Of a stretch of 32,000 bases of DNA, positions 8,356 through 23,961 are shown piece after piece (within the stretch, counting starts at the first letter, position 1; the number at the start of each line of letters is the position of its first letter). Below the pieces are notes generated by a model, which saw only the letters and a list, made by a program, of their open reading frames with translations, was not told the DNA's origin and ran no database searches. Source of the stretch: Mycolicibacterium smegmatis (GTDB lineage Bacteria > Actinomycetota > Actinomycetes > Mycobacteriales > Mycobacteriaceae); the NCBI RefSeq assembly GCF_001457595.1, contig NZ_LN831039.1, positions 2,760,001 through 2,792,000 on the forward strand. The letters run 5' to 3'. The translations under genes were made by a program, and so were the position numbers.

Positions 8356-9903
8356 ATGACGGCTCTCAACGACGCAGAGCGCGCAGCCGCCCGTGTGGGC
8401 CTGGCAGCCCGACTCCCGTCCTGGTTCCCGTCCTGGGGATTCCTTTCGGCGGTGATCGCCATCGGCGGCATGCAGTTGCTCGCCACCATGGACAGCACGG
8501 TCGCAATCGTCGCGTTGCCCAAGATCCAGGACGAGCTGAGCCTTTCCGACGCCGGGCGCAGCTGGGTCATCACGGCGTATGTACTGACCTTCGGCGGCCT
8601 CATGTTGCTGGGCGGGCGCCTCGGCGACACGATCGGCCGCAAGCGGACGTTCATCGTCGGCGTGACGTTGTTCACCATCGCCTCGGTCCTGTGCGGAATC
8701 GCCTGGAACGAGACCACGTTGGTGACCGCACGGCTGCTGCAGGGCGTCGGCGCCGCGATCGCCTCGCCCACCGGCCTCGCGCTCGTCGCGACGACGTTCC
8801 CCAAGGGACCCGCCCGTAACGCCGCCACCGCGGTGTTCGGCGCGATGACGGCCATCGGCTCGGTCATGGGCCTGGTGGTCGGCGGCGCACTGACCGAGGT
8901 GTCGTGGCGGTGGGCCTTCCTGGTGAACGTGCCCATCGGCCTGGTCATGGTCTACCTGGCGCGCACGGCACTGCAGGAGACCAACCGCGAGCGCATGAAG
9001 CTCGACGCGGCCGGCGCGCTACTGGCCACACTCGCGTGCACCGCCGCGGTGTTCGCGTTCACGCAGGGCCCCGAAAGCGGTTGGCTCGCCCCGATCACGC
9101 TGGCGTCCGGCGCGGCCGCGCTGGTCTTCGGCCTCGCGTTCCTGATCGCCGAACGCAACGCCGAGAACCCCGTCGTCCCGTTCGCGCTGTTCCGCGAACG
9201 CAACCGGGTCGCCACGTTCGCCGCGATCTTCCTGGCCGGCGGTGTGCTGTTCACCCTCACCGTGCTGATCGGCCTCTACGTGCAGGACATCCTCGGCTAC
9301 AGCGCGCTGCGCGCCGGTGTCGGATTCATCCCGTTCGTGATCGGCATGGGCATCGGCCTCGGCGCGGCCTCGCAACTCGTGCGGTCCATCCCGCCGCGCG
9401 TGCTGGTGATCGCGGGCGGAATCCTGGTGCTGGGCGCCATGATCTACGGTTCGACACTGCACCGCGGCATCCCGTACTTCCCGAACCTGGTGCTGCCCAT
9501 CACGATCGGCGGTATCGGCATCGGCACGATCGTGGTGCCGCTGACGCTGTCGGCCATCGCGGGGGTGAACCTGGACCGCATCGGTCCCGCATCGGCCATC
9601 GCGCTGATGCTGCAGAACCTCGGCGGACCGCTGGTGCTCGCGGTCATCCAGGCCGTCATAACGTCGCGCACCTTGTTCCTGGGCGGCACCACCGGTCCCG
9701 TCAAGGCCATGAACGACGAGCAGATCGGTGCACTGGACGCCGCCTACACCTACGGCCTGCTGTGGGTCGCCGCGGTGGCCGTCCTGGTGGGCGCCGCCGC
9801 ACTGTTCATCGGATACACCTCGCAACAGGTGGCCCACGCGCAGGACGTCAAGGACGCGATGGACGCCGGCGAGATCGAGGTCGACCAGCCTCCGATCGGC
9901 TGA
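8356..9903 (+). CDS. efpA: MFS (DHA2-like, about 14 TMS) efflux transporter EfpA
   Basis: 515 aa. MQLLATMDSTVAIVALPKIQDELSLSDAGRSWVITAYVLTFGGLMLLGGRLGDTIGRKR carries the MFS motif A (GRLGDxxGRK). Many hydrophobic segments. Matches Rv2846c synteny. Confidence 0.9.
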   Translation: MTALNDAERAAARVGLAARLPSWFPSWGFLSAVIAIGGMQLLATMDSTVAIVALPKIQDELSLSDAGRSWVITAYVLTFGGLMLLGGRLGDTIGRKRTFIVGVTLFTIASVLCGIAWNETTLVTARLLQGVGAAIASPTGLALVATTFPKGPARNAATAVFGAMTAIGSVMGLVVGGALTEVSWRWAFLVNVPIGLVMVYLARTALQETNRERMKLDAAGALLATLACTAAVFAFTQGPESGWLAPITLASGAAALVFGLAFLIAERNAENPVVPFALFRERNRVATFAAIFLAGGVLFTLTVLIGLYVQDILGYSALRAGVGFIPFVIGMGIGLGAASQLVRSIPPRVLVIAGGILVLGAMIYGSTLHRGIPYFPNLVLPITIGGIGIGTIVVPLTLSAIAGVNLDRIGPASAIALMLQNLGGPLVLAVIQAVITSRTLFLGGTTGPVKAMNDEQIGALDAAYTYGLLWVAAVAVLVGAAALFIGYTSQQVAHAQDVKDAMDAGEIEVDQPPIG

Positions 9904-9919
9904 CGGGTCTTTACCGACG

Positions 9920-10624
9920 ATGGCCGGGCTGACGCGACAAGAGGTTTCTGACACCGTGAGTCCGCTCGGCTGGTGTCTGGTGCTCGGCGCCCTCCACGTC
10001 GAGGTGCTCGTGCCGACGATGGCCGATGCGGTCCGCGCGGCCGAGCATGCCGTCAACGCTGCGGGCCCAGCCGCGTCCGGACACCTTTCGATCGACGTGC
10101 GGGCCGACCGCGCGGTGCTGCGACTGCGCTCGCGCGACGCGGGCACCGTCACGCGTCGCGATCTGCAACTGGCCTCGGACATCTCGCACGCCCTCTCCGG
10201 GCGCGGCTACGAGATGACCGTCAACAGCGGCGTGGTGCAGGCGTTCGAGATCGCGATCGACGCGCTCGACATCGCCGCGGTGCGCCCGTTCTGGCAGGCG
10301 ATCACCGACTACGTCGACCACACGGTCTCCGACGGGGGTGACGACCCCGACTGCCTGGATGCGTCCGAACTGCATCTCGGGCTCGTCGACCCGTTCGGGC
10401 GCGGCCCGGCGATCTGGTTCCAGCAGATGGACGCCCCGCGGCCGCAGCGCAACCGCATCCACCTCGACATCGACCTGCCGCACGACGCGGCGCAGGCACG
10501 CATCGACGCGGCCCTGGCCGCGGGCGGCACACTGCTCTACGACGGGCGTGCCCCGGCCTTCTGGGTACTGGCCGATCCCAAGGGAAACGAGGCCTGCATC
10601 TGCACCTGGCAAGGCCGGGACTGA
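9920..10624 (+). CDS. VOC/glyoxalase-like domain protein with an N-terminal pterin-4a-carbinolamine-dehydratase-like (DCoH-like) domain
   Basis: The track ORF 9728..10624 overlaps efpA by 176 nt. The first ATG after the efpA stop is at 9920, in frame, giving 234 aa. The N-terminus LGWCLV..L.VEV....[16 protein letters not shown]...LSIDVR.DRAVLRL....[14 protein letters not shown] resembles a PCD fold. The C-terminus RIHLDIDLP...[33 protein letters not shown] resembles glyoxalase-like VOC proteins. The family call is from recall only. Confidence 0.65.
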   Translation: MAGLTRQEVSDTVSPLGWCLVLGALHVEVLVPTMADAVRAAEHAVNAAGPAASGHLSIDVRADRAVLRLRSRDAGTVTRRDLQLASDISHALSGRGYEMTVNSGVVQAFEIAIDALDIAAVRPFWQAITDYVDHTVSDGGDDPDCLDASELHLGLVDPFGRGPAIWFQQMDAPRPQRNRIHLDIDLPHDAAQARIDAALAAGGTLLYDGRAPAFWVLADPKGNEACICTWQGRD

Positions 10625-10658
10625 TCCGCGACCGGACCGATCGCTAAGGTTGTCGGCT

Positions 10659-12416
10659 GTGATCACCCGTATGTCCGAGCTGTTCCTGCGAACCCTGCGC
10701 GACGACCCCGCCGACGCCGAAGTACCCAGCCACAAGTTGCTGATCCGGGCCGGCTATGTCCGTGCCGTGGGCCCTGGGATCTACAGCTGGCTCCCTCTGG
10801 GCCTGCGGGTGCTGCGCAAGATCGAGAACGTCGTGCGCTCCGAGATGAACGCGATCGGCGCGCAGGAGATCCTGCTGCCCGCGCTGCTGCCGCGCGGGCC
10901 GTACGAGACCACCAACCGCTGGACCGAGTACGGCGACACCCTGTTCCGCCTGCAGGACCGGCGTAACAACGACTACCTGCTGGGCCCGACGCACGAGGAG
11001 CTGTTCACGCTCACCGTCAAGGGCGAGTACTCGTCGTACAAGGACTTCCCGGTCATCCTGTACCAGATCCAGACCAAATACCGCGACGAGGCGCGTCCCC
11101 GCGCCGGCATCCTGCGCGGCCGCGAGTTCGTCATGAAGGACTCGTACTCCTTCGACGTCGACGACGACGGTCTCAAGAATGCCTATTACCAGCACCGCGA
11201 GGCCTATCAGCGCATCTTCGCGCGGTTGGGCGTGCGCTACGTGATCGTCTCCGCGGTGTCCGGCGCCATGGGCGGCAGCGCGTCCGAGGAGTTCCTCGCC
11301 GAGAGCGAGGTCGGCGAGGACACGTTCGTGCGCTGCGTGGAGTCCGGTTACGCGGCCAATGTCGAGGCCGTGATCACCAGGGCACCCGAGGCACAGCCGA
11401 CCGAGGGGCTGCCGGAGGCCAAGGTGTACGACACCCCGGACACCCCGACCATCGCGACGCTGGTCGAGTGGGCCAACTCGGCGTCGCTGCCGCAGTTCGA
11501 GGGACGCACCGTCACCGCGGCCGACACCCTCAAGAACGTTCTGCTCAAGACCCGCGAGCCCGGTGGTGAGTGGGAACTGCTCGCGGTGGGGGTGCCCGGT
11601 GACCGTGAGGTCGACGAGAAGCGCCTGGGCGCGGCGCTCGAGCCGGCCGAGTTCGCGCTGCTCGACGACGCCGACTTCGCCGCCAACCCGTTCCTGGTCA
11701 AGGGCTATGTGGGTCCGAAGGCCCTGCAGGACAACGGGGTTCGCTACCTGGTCGACCCGCGGGTGGTGCACGGTTCCTCATGGATCACCGGCGCCGACGC
11801 GCCCAACCGGCACGTCGTCGGACTGGTCGCGGGCCGTGACTTCACCCCGGACGGCACCATCGAGGCCGCCGAGGTGCGCGACGGCGATCCGTCACCGGAC
11901 GGCGCCGGTGTGCTGACCTCGGCCCGCGGCATCGAGATCGGTCACATCTTCCAGCTGGGCCGCAAGTACACCGACGCGTTCTCCGCCGACGTGCTCGGCG
12001 AGGACGGCAAGCCCCTGCGCCTGACCATGGGCTCCTACGGCATCGGCGTGTCCCGCCTGGTCGCGGTGATCGCCGAGCAACAGCACGACCAACTCGGGCT
12101 GCGGTGGCCGAGCTCGGTGGCGCCGTTCGACGTGCATGTCGTCGTCGCCAACAAGGACGCCGGTGCCCGTGCAGGCGCGGCCGAACTGGTCGCCGACCTC
12201 GACCGCCTCGGTCACGAGGTGCTGTTCGACGACCGGCAGGCCTCGCCCGGCGTGAAGTTCAAGGACGCCGAACTGCTCGGCATGCCGTGGATCGTCGTGG
12301 TCGGCCGCGGCTGGGCCGACGGCGTGGTCGAGCTGCGCAACCGGTTCACCGGCGAGACCCGCGAGATCGCGGCCGACGGCGCGGCCGCCGAGATCTCGTC
12401 CGTTCTCGCGGGCTGA
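10659..12416 (+). CDS. proS: proline--tRNA ligase (bacterial type with an INS editing domain)
   Basis: The track ORF starts at 10338, but the conserved N-terminus is [33 protein letters not shown]. The GTG at 10659 is in frame and has an AAGG RBS 9 nt upstream. That gives 585 aa. Class II motifs are present: [16 protein letters not shown] and GSYGIGVSR. Confidence 0.93.
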   Translation: MITRMSELFLRTLRDDPADAEVPSHKLLIRAGYVRAVGPGIYSWLPLGLRVLRKIENVVRSEMNAIGAQEILLPALLPRGPYETTNRWTEYGDTLFRLQDRRNNDYLLGPTHEELFTLTVKGEYSSYKDFPVILYQIQTKYRDEARPRAGILRGREFVMKDSYSFDVDDDGLKNAYYQHREAYQRIFARLGVRYVIVSAVSGAMGGSASEEFLAESEVGEDTFVRCVESGYAANVEAVITRAPEAQPTEGLPEAKVYDTPDTPTIATLVEWANSASLPQFEGRTVTAADTLKNVLLKTREPGGEWELLAVGVPGDREVDEKRLGAALEPAEFALLDDADFAANPFLVKGYVGPKALQDNGVRYLVDPRVVHGSSWITGADAPNRHVVGLVAGRDFTPDGTIEAAEVRDGDPSPDGAGVLTSARGIEIGHIFQLGRKYTDAFSADVLGEDGKPLRLTMGSYGIGVSRLVAVIAEQQHDQLGLRWPSSVAPFDVHVVVANKDAGARAGAAELVADLDRLGHEVLFDDRQASPGVKFKDAELLGMPWIVVVGRGWADGVVELRNRFTGETREIAADGAAAEISSVLAG

Positions 12417-12436
12417 GTTCTTCCGCGAGCGGACCC

Positions 12437-12910
12437 TTATTCGGCGCCGCCGGGGAAGGGCACGGTCACGGGCCAGACGTCGAGGAACTTGCTCCACTTC
12501 GCCGCCGTGACCGCCGACTCGGTGAGGGCCGTCACGGCGAAGGCGCGGTCCTCGGACGTCGTGGCCTGCTCCAGCACCGCGCGCCAGGCCACGGCGGCGT
12601 CCTGCTCCATGCGCACCGCGAGGTTGGCGGCGTCGACGGGGTCGGACACCTCCGACGGCAGGCGGTACCCCGCGGCAGGCAGGGGAGGGGTCACCGAGCG
12701 GCCTTCGAGCATCTCGATGGCGGCTTCCCGCCGTGCCCGGTGCTCGGCCATCGCCGCCGCGACCAGCGAGTTCTCCTCGGGGCTCGAATGTGCCGAGACC
12801 AGGCCGTAGCCGTAGATGATGCCGTGCTCGGTGGCCACGGCGTCGAACAGCGCGGCATCGGCGGCGTCTGTGGGCCGGGCCGGCCCCGTCGTGGGCTCCG
12901 GCGACGTCAT
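12437..12910 (-). CDS. DUF4439 ferritin-like domain protein (Rv2844-like), with no signal peptide
   Basis: The start is taken at ATG 12910, which forms an ATGA overlap with the stop of the upstream gene; the 170-aa track ORF starts 13 codons further upstream. 157 aa. ALFDAVATEHGIIYGYGLVSA....AAAMAEHRARREA is the ferritin-like DUF4439 signature as I recall it. Confidence 0.75.
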   Translation of the reverse strand: MTSPEPTTGPARPTDAADAALFDAVATEHGIIYGYGLVSAHSSPEENSLVAAAMAEHRARREAAIEMLEGRSVTPPLPAAGYRLPSEVSDPVDAANLAVRMEQDAAVAWRAVLEQATTSEDRAFAVTALTESAVTAAKWSKFLDVWPVTVPFPGGAE

Positions 12911-13455
12911 TTCCCACCGTCCAGGGCGACCTTGTAGGCGGCCGTGCACGACGCCGCGATGGAGCCGGCCAGACCGGCGCGGTACCCCGACAGCCGGGGC
13001 GCGATGCCGGTCGCCTGCTCGGCGGACTGTTCGAGCGCGACCACGACATCATCGGCGGTCGGTGCCGACGGGGTGGCCGACGGGGTTGCTGACGCGCCAG
13101 GGGCGGGCGAGGTGGGCGCGGACGACGCCGAGGACGATTCGGCGGGCGACGCGGACGGAGGAGCCTCGCCGGTCATCCTGGTCAACTCGTCGGACAACGC
13201 CTGCGCATGGGCCGACCGTTCGTTTGCCACCGCGGTCAGCGCGCGGGCCGTCGCATCCTGCGGCCCAAGTGCGCCCGCGGCCTCGGTGGCGAGCGCGCTG
13301 TCGGCGCGGGCACGGTCGAGCAGGGCGGTCAGATCGGCGAGTTCCGGTGGCGGGGGCGTGGAACCGCACGCGGTCGCGGTGACGCCCAGCAGGGTCAGAC
13401 CTGCCGCCGAGTACAGGAACCGCCGTCGGCTGATGTTCGTCAAGGCGCTCGGCAC
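12907..13455 (-). CDS. Tat-signal secreted or lipo-protein, Ala/Ser/Pro-rich (Rv2843-like)
   Basis: 182 aa with a GTG start and an AGGA RBS 7 nt upstream. Twin-arginine motif SRRRFLYSAAGLTLLGVTATAC, with a possible lipobox Cys. Contains a low-complexity linker PPSASPAESSSASSAPTSPAPGASATPSATPSAP. Confidence 0.75.
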   Translation of the reverse strand: MPSALTNISRRRFLYSAAGLTLLGVTATACGSTPPPPELADLTALLDRARADSALATEAAGALGPQDATARALTAVANERSAHAQALSDELTRMTGEAPPSASPAESSSASSAPTSPAPGASATPSATPSAPTADDVVVALEQSAEQATGIAPRLSGYRAGLAGSIAASCTAAYKVALDGGK

Positions 13456-13651
13456 GTGAACATCCTGCCATTGCCGGATATTCGCGGCGCGTGGCCGTCG
13501 AGCGGTGCGGCGAAGCCGCAGCCGGGAACATTCGCTGCGCCGAATCCGAGATCGCGGCTCGCCCCTGCCCGGCTGGCGTATCGTGGATAGTCGATTCCAC
13601 GGGGAACCACCAGGGAATCATGTCCGGACAACTCAAGATGAGGAGCTCGTC

Positions 13652-14197
13652 GTGGCACCGGATCCGAAGTTGCCATCTGCGGATTTGCCGTCGCAGAAGC
13701 AAGTGATCGAGCTGCTTGACGGCGAGTTCGCGCGCGCCGGCTACGAGATCGACGATGTCGTCGTCAACGCGGCGACACGCCCGCCGCGCATCACCATCGT
13801 CGCCGACAGCGACAAGGGCCTCGATCTGGACGCCGTCGCGATGCTCTCGCGCCTGGCGTCGGGTCTGCTCGACACCGTCGACACGGGCGACACGCCGTAT
13901 GTGCTCGAGGTCACCTCGCCCGGTGTGGACCGCCCCCTGACTGACGAGAAACACTTCCGCCGCGCTCGTGGCCGCAAGGCCGAGCTGTCGCTTGCCGACG
14001 GTTCGTCGCTGACCGCGCGGCTCGCCGGGACCGACGGCGACCAGGTGAACGTCGTGGTGGCACAGGGCAAAGACTTCGCCGTCCGGCAGATACCGCTGCG
14101 TGAGATCACCAAGGCCGTTGTCCAAGTAGAGTTTTCGCCGCCGAATCGACGTGAGCTGGAGCTCGCCGAACAAACTGGGAAGGGGGCCCGGGCATGA
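13652..14197 (+). CDS. rimP: ribosome maturation factor RimP
   Basis: The track ORF starts at 13505. The in-frame GTG at 13652 has an AGGAG RBS 6 nt upstream and gives 181 aa (Rv2842c is about 183 aa). [14 protein letters not shown] is the RimP signature. Lies directly upstream of nusA. Confidence 0.88.
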   Translation: MAPDPKLPSADLPSQKQVIELLDGEFARAGYEIDDVVVNAATRPPRITIVADSDKGLDLDAVAMLSRLASGLLDTVDTGDTPYVLEVTSPGVDRPLTDEKHFRRARGRKAELSLADGSSLTARLAGTDGDQVNVVVAQGKDFAVRQIPLREITKAVVQVEFSPPNRRELELAEQTGKGARA

Positions 14198-15225
14198 ACA
14201 TCGACATGGCGGCGCTGCACGCCATCGAAGCCGACAAGGGAATCTCGGTCGACGTGGTCGTGGAGACCATCAAGTCGGCGCTGCTCACCGCGTATCGGCA
14301 CACCGACGGCCACGAGCCCGACGCACGCATCGACATCGACCGCAAGACCGGCGTGGTCAAGGTGATCGCCCGCCAGACCGATGCCGACGGCAACGTCCTG
14401 GCCGAATGGGACGACACGCCAGAAGGTTTCGGCCGGATCGCGGCGACCACCGCGCGGCAGGTCATCCTGCAGCGCCTGCGTGACGCCGAGAACGAGAAGG
14501 TCTACGGCGAGTTCGCGGCCCACGAGGGCGACATCGTCGCAGGCGTGATCCAGCGCGACGCCCGCGCCAACGCCCGCGGCCTGGTCGTCGTGCGGATGGG
14601 CAGCGAGACCAAGGGATCCGAAGGCGTCATCCCGGCGGCCGAGCAGGTGCCGGGTGAGCGCTACGAACACGGCGACCGCGTGCGGTGTTACGTCGTCGGC
14701 GTCACCCGCGGTGCCCGGGAACCGCTCATCACGTTGTCGCGCACGCATCCCAATCTGGTGCGCAAGCTGTTCTCGCTGGAGGTGCCCGAGATCGCCGATG
14801 GTTCGGTCGAGATCGTGGCCGTGGCGCGCGAGGCGGGCCACCGGTCCAAGATCGCGGTCGCCTCGCGTGTGCCCGGGCTCAACGCAAAAGGCGCGTGCAT
14901 CGGCCCGATGGGACAGCGTGTGCGCAACGTCATGAGCGAGTTGTCCGGCGAGAAGATCGACATCATCGACTACGACGAGGACCCCGCGCGGTTCGTCGCC
15001 AACGCGCTTTCGCCCGCGAAGGTCGTATCGGTGTCGGTGATCGACGAGGCCGGCCGTGCGGCCCGCGTGATCGTGCCCGATTTCCAGCTCTCGCTGGCGA
15101 TCGGCAAGGAAGGCCAGAACGCCAGGTTGGCGGCCAGGCTGACCGGTTGGCGCATCGACATCCGCAGCGACGCCGCTCCTGTGGGCGACGCCGATGCCCG
15201 GCACGGGGCGGCGCACGACGGATAG
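14194..15225 (+). CDS. nusA: transcription termination/antitermination factor NusA
   Basis: 343 aa. ATGA overlap with the rimP stop. S1 and KH domain sequence: [10 protein letters not shown]..., [60 protein letters not shown]. Confidence 0.95.
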   Translation: MNIDMAALHAIEADKGISVDVVVETIKSALLTAYRHTDGHEPDARIDIDRKTGVVKVIARQTDADGNVLAEWDDTPEGFGRIAATTARQVILQRLRDAENEKVYGEFAAHEGDIVAGVIQRDARANARGLVVVRMGSETKGSEGVIPAAEQVPGERYEHGDRVRCYVVGVTRGAREPLITLSRTHPNLVRKLFSLEVPEIADGSVEIVAVAREAGHRSKIAVASRVPGLNAKGACIGPMGQRVRNVMSELSGEKIDIIDYDEDPARFVANALSPAKVVSVSVIDEAGRAARVIVPDFQLSLAIGKEGQNARLAARLTGWRIDIRSDAAPVGDADARHGAAHDG

Positions 15226-15273
15226 CGGTGGCAGTCGTTTCAAATTACAAGGGTTGGGACGGTAGACTCAGCC

Positions 15274-15624
15274 GTGATCCAGCGCGAGACTCCGGCTTCG
15301 ACGCGTCGACGCATCCCCGACACCCCTGTCGGACCGGTGCGGACATGTATCGGCTGCCGGAAGCGAGAGTTGGCCGCCGACTTGCTTCGTACGGTCGCGG
15401 TGCGGGACGGGAACGGGAACTACTCCGTTTCGGTCGACACCTCGGCAAGCATGCCCGGGCGGGGTGCCTGGTTGCACCCCGATCCGAAGTGTGCAGAGCT
15501 GGCAGTTCGGCGGCGGGCCTTCGCACGAGCGTTGCGAATCGCCGGTTCACCGGATACGTCTGGGGTGAACGAGTATTTCGAGAGCCTCGGAACGCCCGAA
15601 CACCGCGGCATAGAGAACAGGTAG
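15274..15624 (+). CDS. ylxR: YlxR/DUF448 family RNA-binding protein (Rv2840c-like)
   Basis: 116 aa with a GTG start. Contains the conserved RTCIGCRKR motif and GRGAWLH. Lies in the canonical position between nusA and infB. Confidence 0.85.
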   Translation: MIQRETPASTRRRIPDTPVGPVRTCIGCRKRELAADLLRTVAVRDGNGNYSVSVDTSASMPGRGAWLHPDPKCAELAVRRRAFARALRIAGSPDTSGVNEYFESLGTPEHRGIENR

Positions 15625-15726
15625 CGAAGAACATGAGCACACCGTGAAGTCCCGATGACCATGCGTCATAGCTAAAACCGAGGCGCGGCGCCGACCACCG
15701 CTGTCGCCTCAAGATGAGGAGAAGTA

Positions 15727-21386
<5,660 letters not shown>

Positions 21387-21391
21387 CGAGG

Positions 21392-22012
21392 TCAGCGCTT
21401 GATCGCACTGACGAGCCACACGGCCTTGCGCCCGCGTGGCCTCTCGCTGACCTCCACGTCGCCGAATCCCGCGTCGCGGCACAGGGTTGCGAACGCGTCT
21501 GCCTGCTCGCGTGTCCAGCCGTGGCTTGCGAAGCCCGTGGCCCCACGCGCCACCTGGCGTTCGATCGCGAGCAACCGGCCGCCGGGTGCCAGTACCCGGT
21601 TGGCCTGCTGCAGCGCGCGCACGACGTCCTGCCAGTGGTGCACGGTCGCCAGCGCCCACACCACGGTGGCCGTCCCGTCGTCGACGGGGACGTCCTCGGC
21701 CGTGCCGGGGCGCCACGTGATGTTCGTGCCGGCCGCGGTCCGGGTCACGAGCCGGCCGACGTGCAGCATCTCTGCCGACGGGTCGACCGCGGTGACCCGC
21801 GCGCCACGGCGGGCGGCCATGCGCGCTGCGGTGCCCGGGCCGCATCCCACGTCGACGACGTGGTCGGCGGGGCCCACGTGCGTGGCCTCGATCGCCACTT
21901 TCGCGTTGGCGCGGCCGAGCGCGACGAACAACACGCCGAAGATCGCGCCGGTGACACCGGAGAAACCGGGGTGATCGGCGTGGTGGTTGACCACGATGGG
22001 CGAATCGTTCAT
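21392..22012 (-). CDS. class I SAM-dependent methyltransferase
   Basis: 206 aa. Motif I VVDVGCGPGTAA, post-I acidic residue VTAVDPS, and motif III-like VLAPGGRLL. Convergent with dinF, with only 5 nt between the two stops. Confidence 0.85.
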   Translation of the reverse strand: MNDSPIVVNHHADHPGFSGVTGAIFGVLFVALGRANAKVAIEATHVGPADHVVDVGCGPGTAARMAARRGARVTAVDPSAEMLHVGRLVTRTAAGTNITWRPGTAEDVPVDDGTATVVWALATVHHWQDVVRALQQANRVLAPGGRLLAIERQVARGATGFASHGWTREQADAFATLCRDAGFGDVEVSERPRGRKAVWLVSAIKR

Positions 22013-22055
22013 GTCCCCACCATGCCGCCTCGGGGCCCGGTGGCGTCAAGGACGG

Positions 22056-22877
22056 TCAGTCGGCGGCGCCCGAACTGCCCAGCAGGTCGCGCACCCGGTT
22101 GGCGACGCGGATGAACTCCGGGTGCTCCATGGTCTCGGCGTAGGTGCGTTCGGCGGGTAGGTCGACGTCGAGCATCTCGACGATGCGGCCGGGGCGCGGG
22201 CTCATCACCACGACCCGGTTGGCCAGGTACACCGCTTCGGCGACCGAGTGCGTCACCAGCACCACGGTGGTGCCGGTCTCGCGCCAGATCCGGTGCAGTT
22301 CGATGTTCATCTTCTCGCGCGTGAGGGCGTCGAGCGCGCCGAACGGCTCGTCCATCAACAGCACATCGGGCTCGTGCAGCAGGGCGCGGCACAACGAAAC
22401 CCGTTGCTGCATACCGCCGGACAACTCGTGAGGCAGCGCGTTCTCGAACCCGGTGAGGCCGGTCATCTCGATGAGGTGGTCGGCGCGCCGCGCGGCGACC
22501 TGGCGCGGCATCCCGCGCATCTCGGCCTGCAGCAGGATGTTCTTGCGCACCGAGCGCCATTCCAGTAGCGCGGCGCGCTGGAAGACGTAGCCGATCTCGC
22601 GCTGCGGGCCGCGTACCCGGTTGCCGCGCAGGCGCACCTGGCCTCCGGTGGCGTCGGTCAGGCCGGCGATCACCTTCAGCAGCGTCGACTTGCCGCACCC
22701 CGACGGTCCCGCGATCGACACGAACTCGCCGTCGGCGATGCGCAGGTTGATGTCGTCGAGCGCGGTGGTGGCGGCGCGTTTCGAGGTGAACGTGACGGTG
22801 ACGCCCTCGACCGAGATCGCGTCGGTGGCCTCGGCCGTCACGGGCGCCCCCGGTGCACTGATGGTTGTGGTGTTCAT
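22056..22877 (-). CDS. ABC transporter ATP-binding protein (NitT/TauT, SsuB-like family)
   Basis: 273 aa. Walker A GPSGCGKSTLL, signature LSGGMQQRV, Walker B LLMDEPFGALD, H-loop VTHS. GGGAG RBS 9 nt upstream. Confidence 0.93.
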   Translation of the reverse strand: MNTTTISAPGAPVTAEATDAISVEGVTVTFTSKRAATTALDDINLRIADGEFVSIAGPSGCGKSTLLKVIAGLTDATGGQVRLRGNRVRGPQREIGYVFQRAALLEWRSVRKNILLQAEMRGMPRQVAARRADHLIEMTGLTGFENALPHELSGGMQQRVSLCRALLHEPDVLLMDEPFGALDALTREKMNIELHRIWRETGTTVVLVTHSVAEAVYLANRVVVMSPRPGRIVEMLDVDLPAERTYAETMEHPEFIRVANRVRDLLGSSGAAD

Positions 22878-22897
22878 GTCGGATGGCTCCCGCGGAT

Positions 22898-23941
22898 CTA
22901 CTGCGACGGCTTCGGGCTGAACGACGAATCCCAGTATTCAGCAGCGGGTTTCGCGGTTTCGAGCAGTCCGGCGTCGGTCAGCGTGGTGATCGTGTTGGTC
23001 CAGTCGGCCTCGGCGTTGGTGCCCGGCGGCTGGTTGGCGGTCGCGGGTGTGCTCAGCAGCGGGATGGTCTGCTGCCACTGGTGCAGCAACACCTCCTGCG
23101 GCGGCATCTGCGGATCCTTGCCCGCCATGGCCTGCACGGCCGCTTCGGGATCGGCCGCGGCGGCGGCGAACGCCTCACTGGTGGCGTCGACCATGGCCTG
23201 CACCAGTTCCGGTTTGCCGGAGATGGTTTCGGTGTTGGCGATCAGGCCGTTGCTGTAGAAGTTCAGCCCCGCGTCGGAGTACCTGAGGTACTTCACCTCA
23301 CGCCCGCTCTTGTTGGCGATGGTCGGCCCCTGGTCGTGCGCGAATCCGATCAGGCCGTCGACGCGACCCGACATCATCGCCGACATCTTGCCCGCGGCGT
23401 CCAGGCTCTGCTGGGTGACCTGGTCCTCGGGCACCCCCACCTTGTCGAGGTAGATCGGGAACGTGGTGGTGGGGGCGTCACCCGCGGACACCGCGATGGT
23501 GCGTCCCACCAGATCCTGGGGTGTGTCGATCCCCGAATCGGCGAACACCTGCACGGCCGACGGCGTGGTCTGGAGGAACACGCCGGTGCTCTTGACCTTC
23601 ACGCCCTTGTCGATGTTGGTCAGCACCGCAGGGGTGTCGGCCCAGCCGAAGTCCACCTGATCGGACCCGACGGCCTGCACGGTCTTGGTGGAACCCTGGC
23701 CGGCGTCGATGGTCAGGTCGATGCCGTGCTTGGCGAAGATGCCCTCCTGCACACCGTAGTAGAAGGGGGCGTGTTCGCCGTACGGGTACCAGTTCAGCAT
23801 CAGGGTGGCCGCCTGGGTGCCGGAACCGGCTTCTGTAGAACCGCTTTCGGCGTTGTCGGTGCCGCTGCCACCGCAGCCGGACAGCGCGAGGATCGCGGCG
23901 GAGGCCAGCGCGACGGCCGCGCGGCGGGGGATCGAGATCAT
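22898..23941 (-). CDS. ABC transporter substrate-binding lipoprotein, NMT1/THI5 (SsuA/TauA-like) family
   Basis: The start is taken at ATG 23941 with a GAGGAG RBS 7 nt upstream; the track ORF is 22 codons longer. 347 aa. Signal peptide plus lipobox MISIPRRAAVALASAAILALSGC. LMLNWYPYGEHAPFYYGVQEGIFAKHGIDL is typical of NMT1/SsuA-type binding proteins. Confidence 0.85.
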   Translation of the reverse strand: MISIPRRAAVALASAAILALSGCGGSGTDNAESGSTEAGSGTQAATLMLNWYPYGEHAPFYYGVQEGIFAKHGIDLTIDAGQGSTKTVQAVGSDQVDFGWADTPAVLTNIDKGVKVKSTGVFLQTTPSAVQVFADSGIDTPQDLVGRTIAVSAGDAPTTTFPIYLDKVGVPEDQVTQQSLDAAGKMSAMMSGRVDGLIGFAHDQGPTIANKSGREVKYLRYSDAGLNFYSNGLIANTETISGKPELVQAMVDATSEAFAAAAADPEAAVQAMAGKDPQMPPQEVLLHQWQQTIPLLSTPATANQPPGTNAEADWTNTITTLTDAGLLETAKPAAEYWDSSFSPKPSQ

Positions 23942-23961
23942 GGATCTACTCCTCGTGATGG

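Noticed and set aside
9728-10658. N-terminal extensions of the VOC ORF (from 9728) and the proS ORF (from 10338)
   Set aside because: Both extensions overlap the preceding genes by hundreds of nt and are Arg/Pro-rich. The conserved protein N-termini and plausible RBS sequences are at 9920 and 10659.
13456-13651. 196-nt divergent region upstream of rimP as a possible small RNA or tRNA locus (E. coli has a tRNA ahead of rimP-nusA)
   Set aside because: I found no cloverleaf-compatible arms or a T-loop GTTCRANYC motif. The only structure is a 6-bp CGTGGA/TCCACG stem (13582..13601), and -10-like hexamers are also present, so this is most simply a promoter region.
15625-15726. Possible attenuator hairpins in the ylxR-infB spacer (ATGAC/GTCAT at 15655..15669; GAGGCG/CGCCTC at 15680..15710)
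   Set aside because: The stems are only 5-6 bp with poorly paired interiors. Comparable stems occur by chance in GC-rich DNA, so they are not strong enough to report as features.
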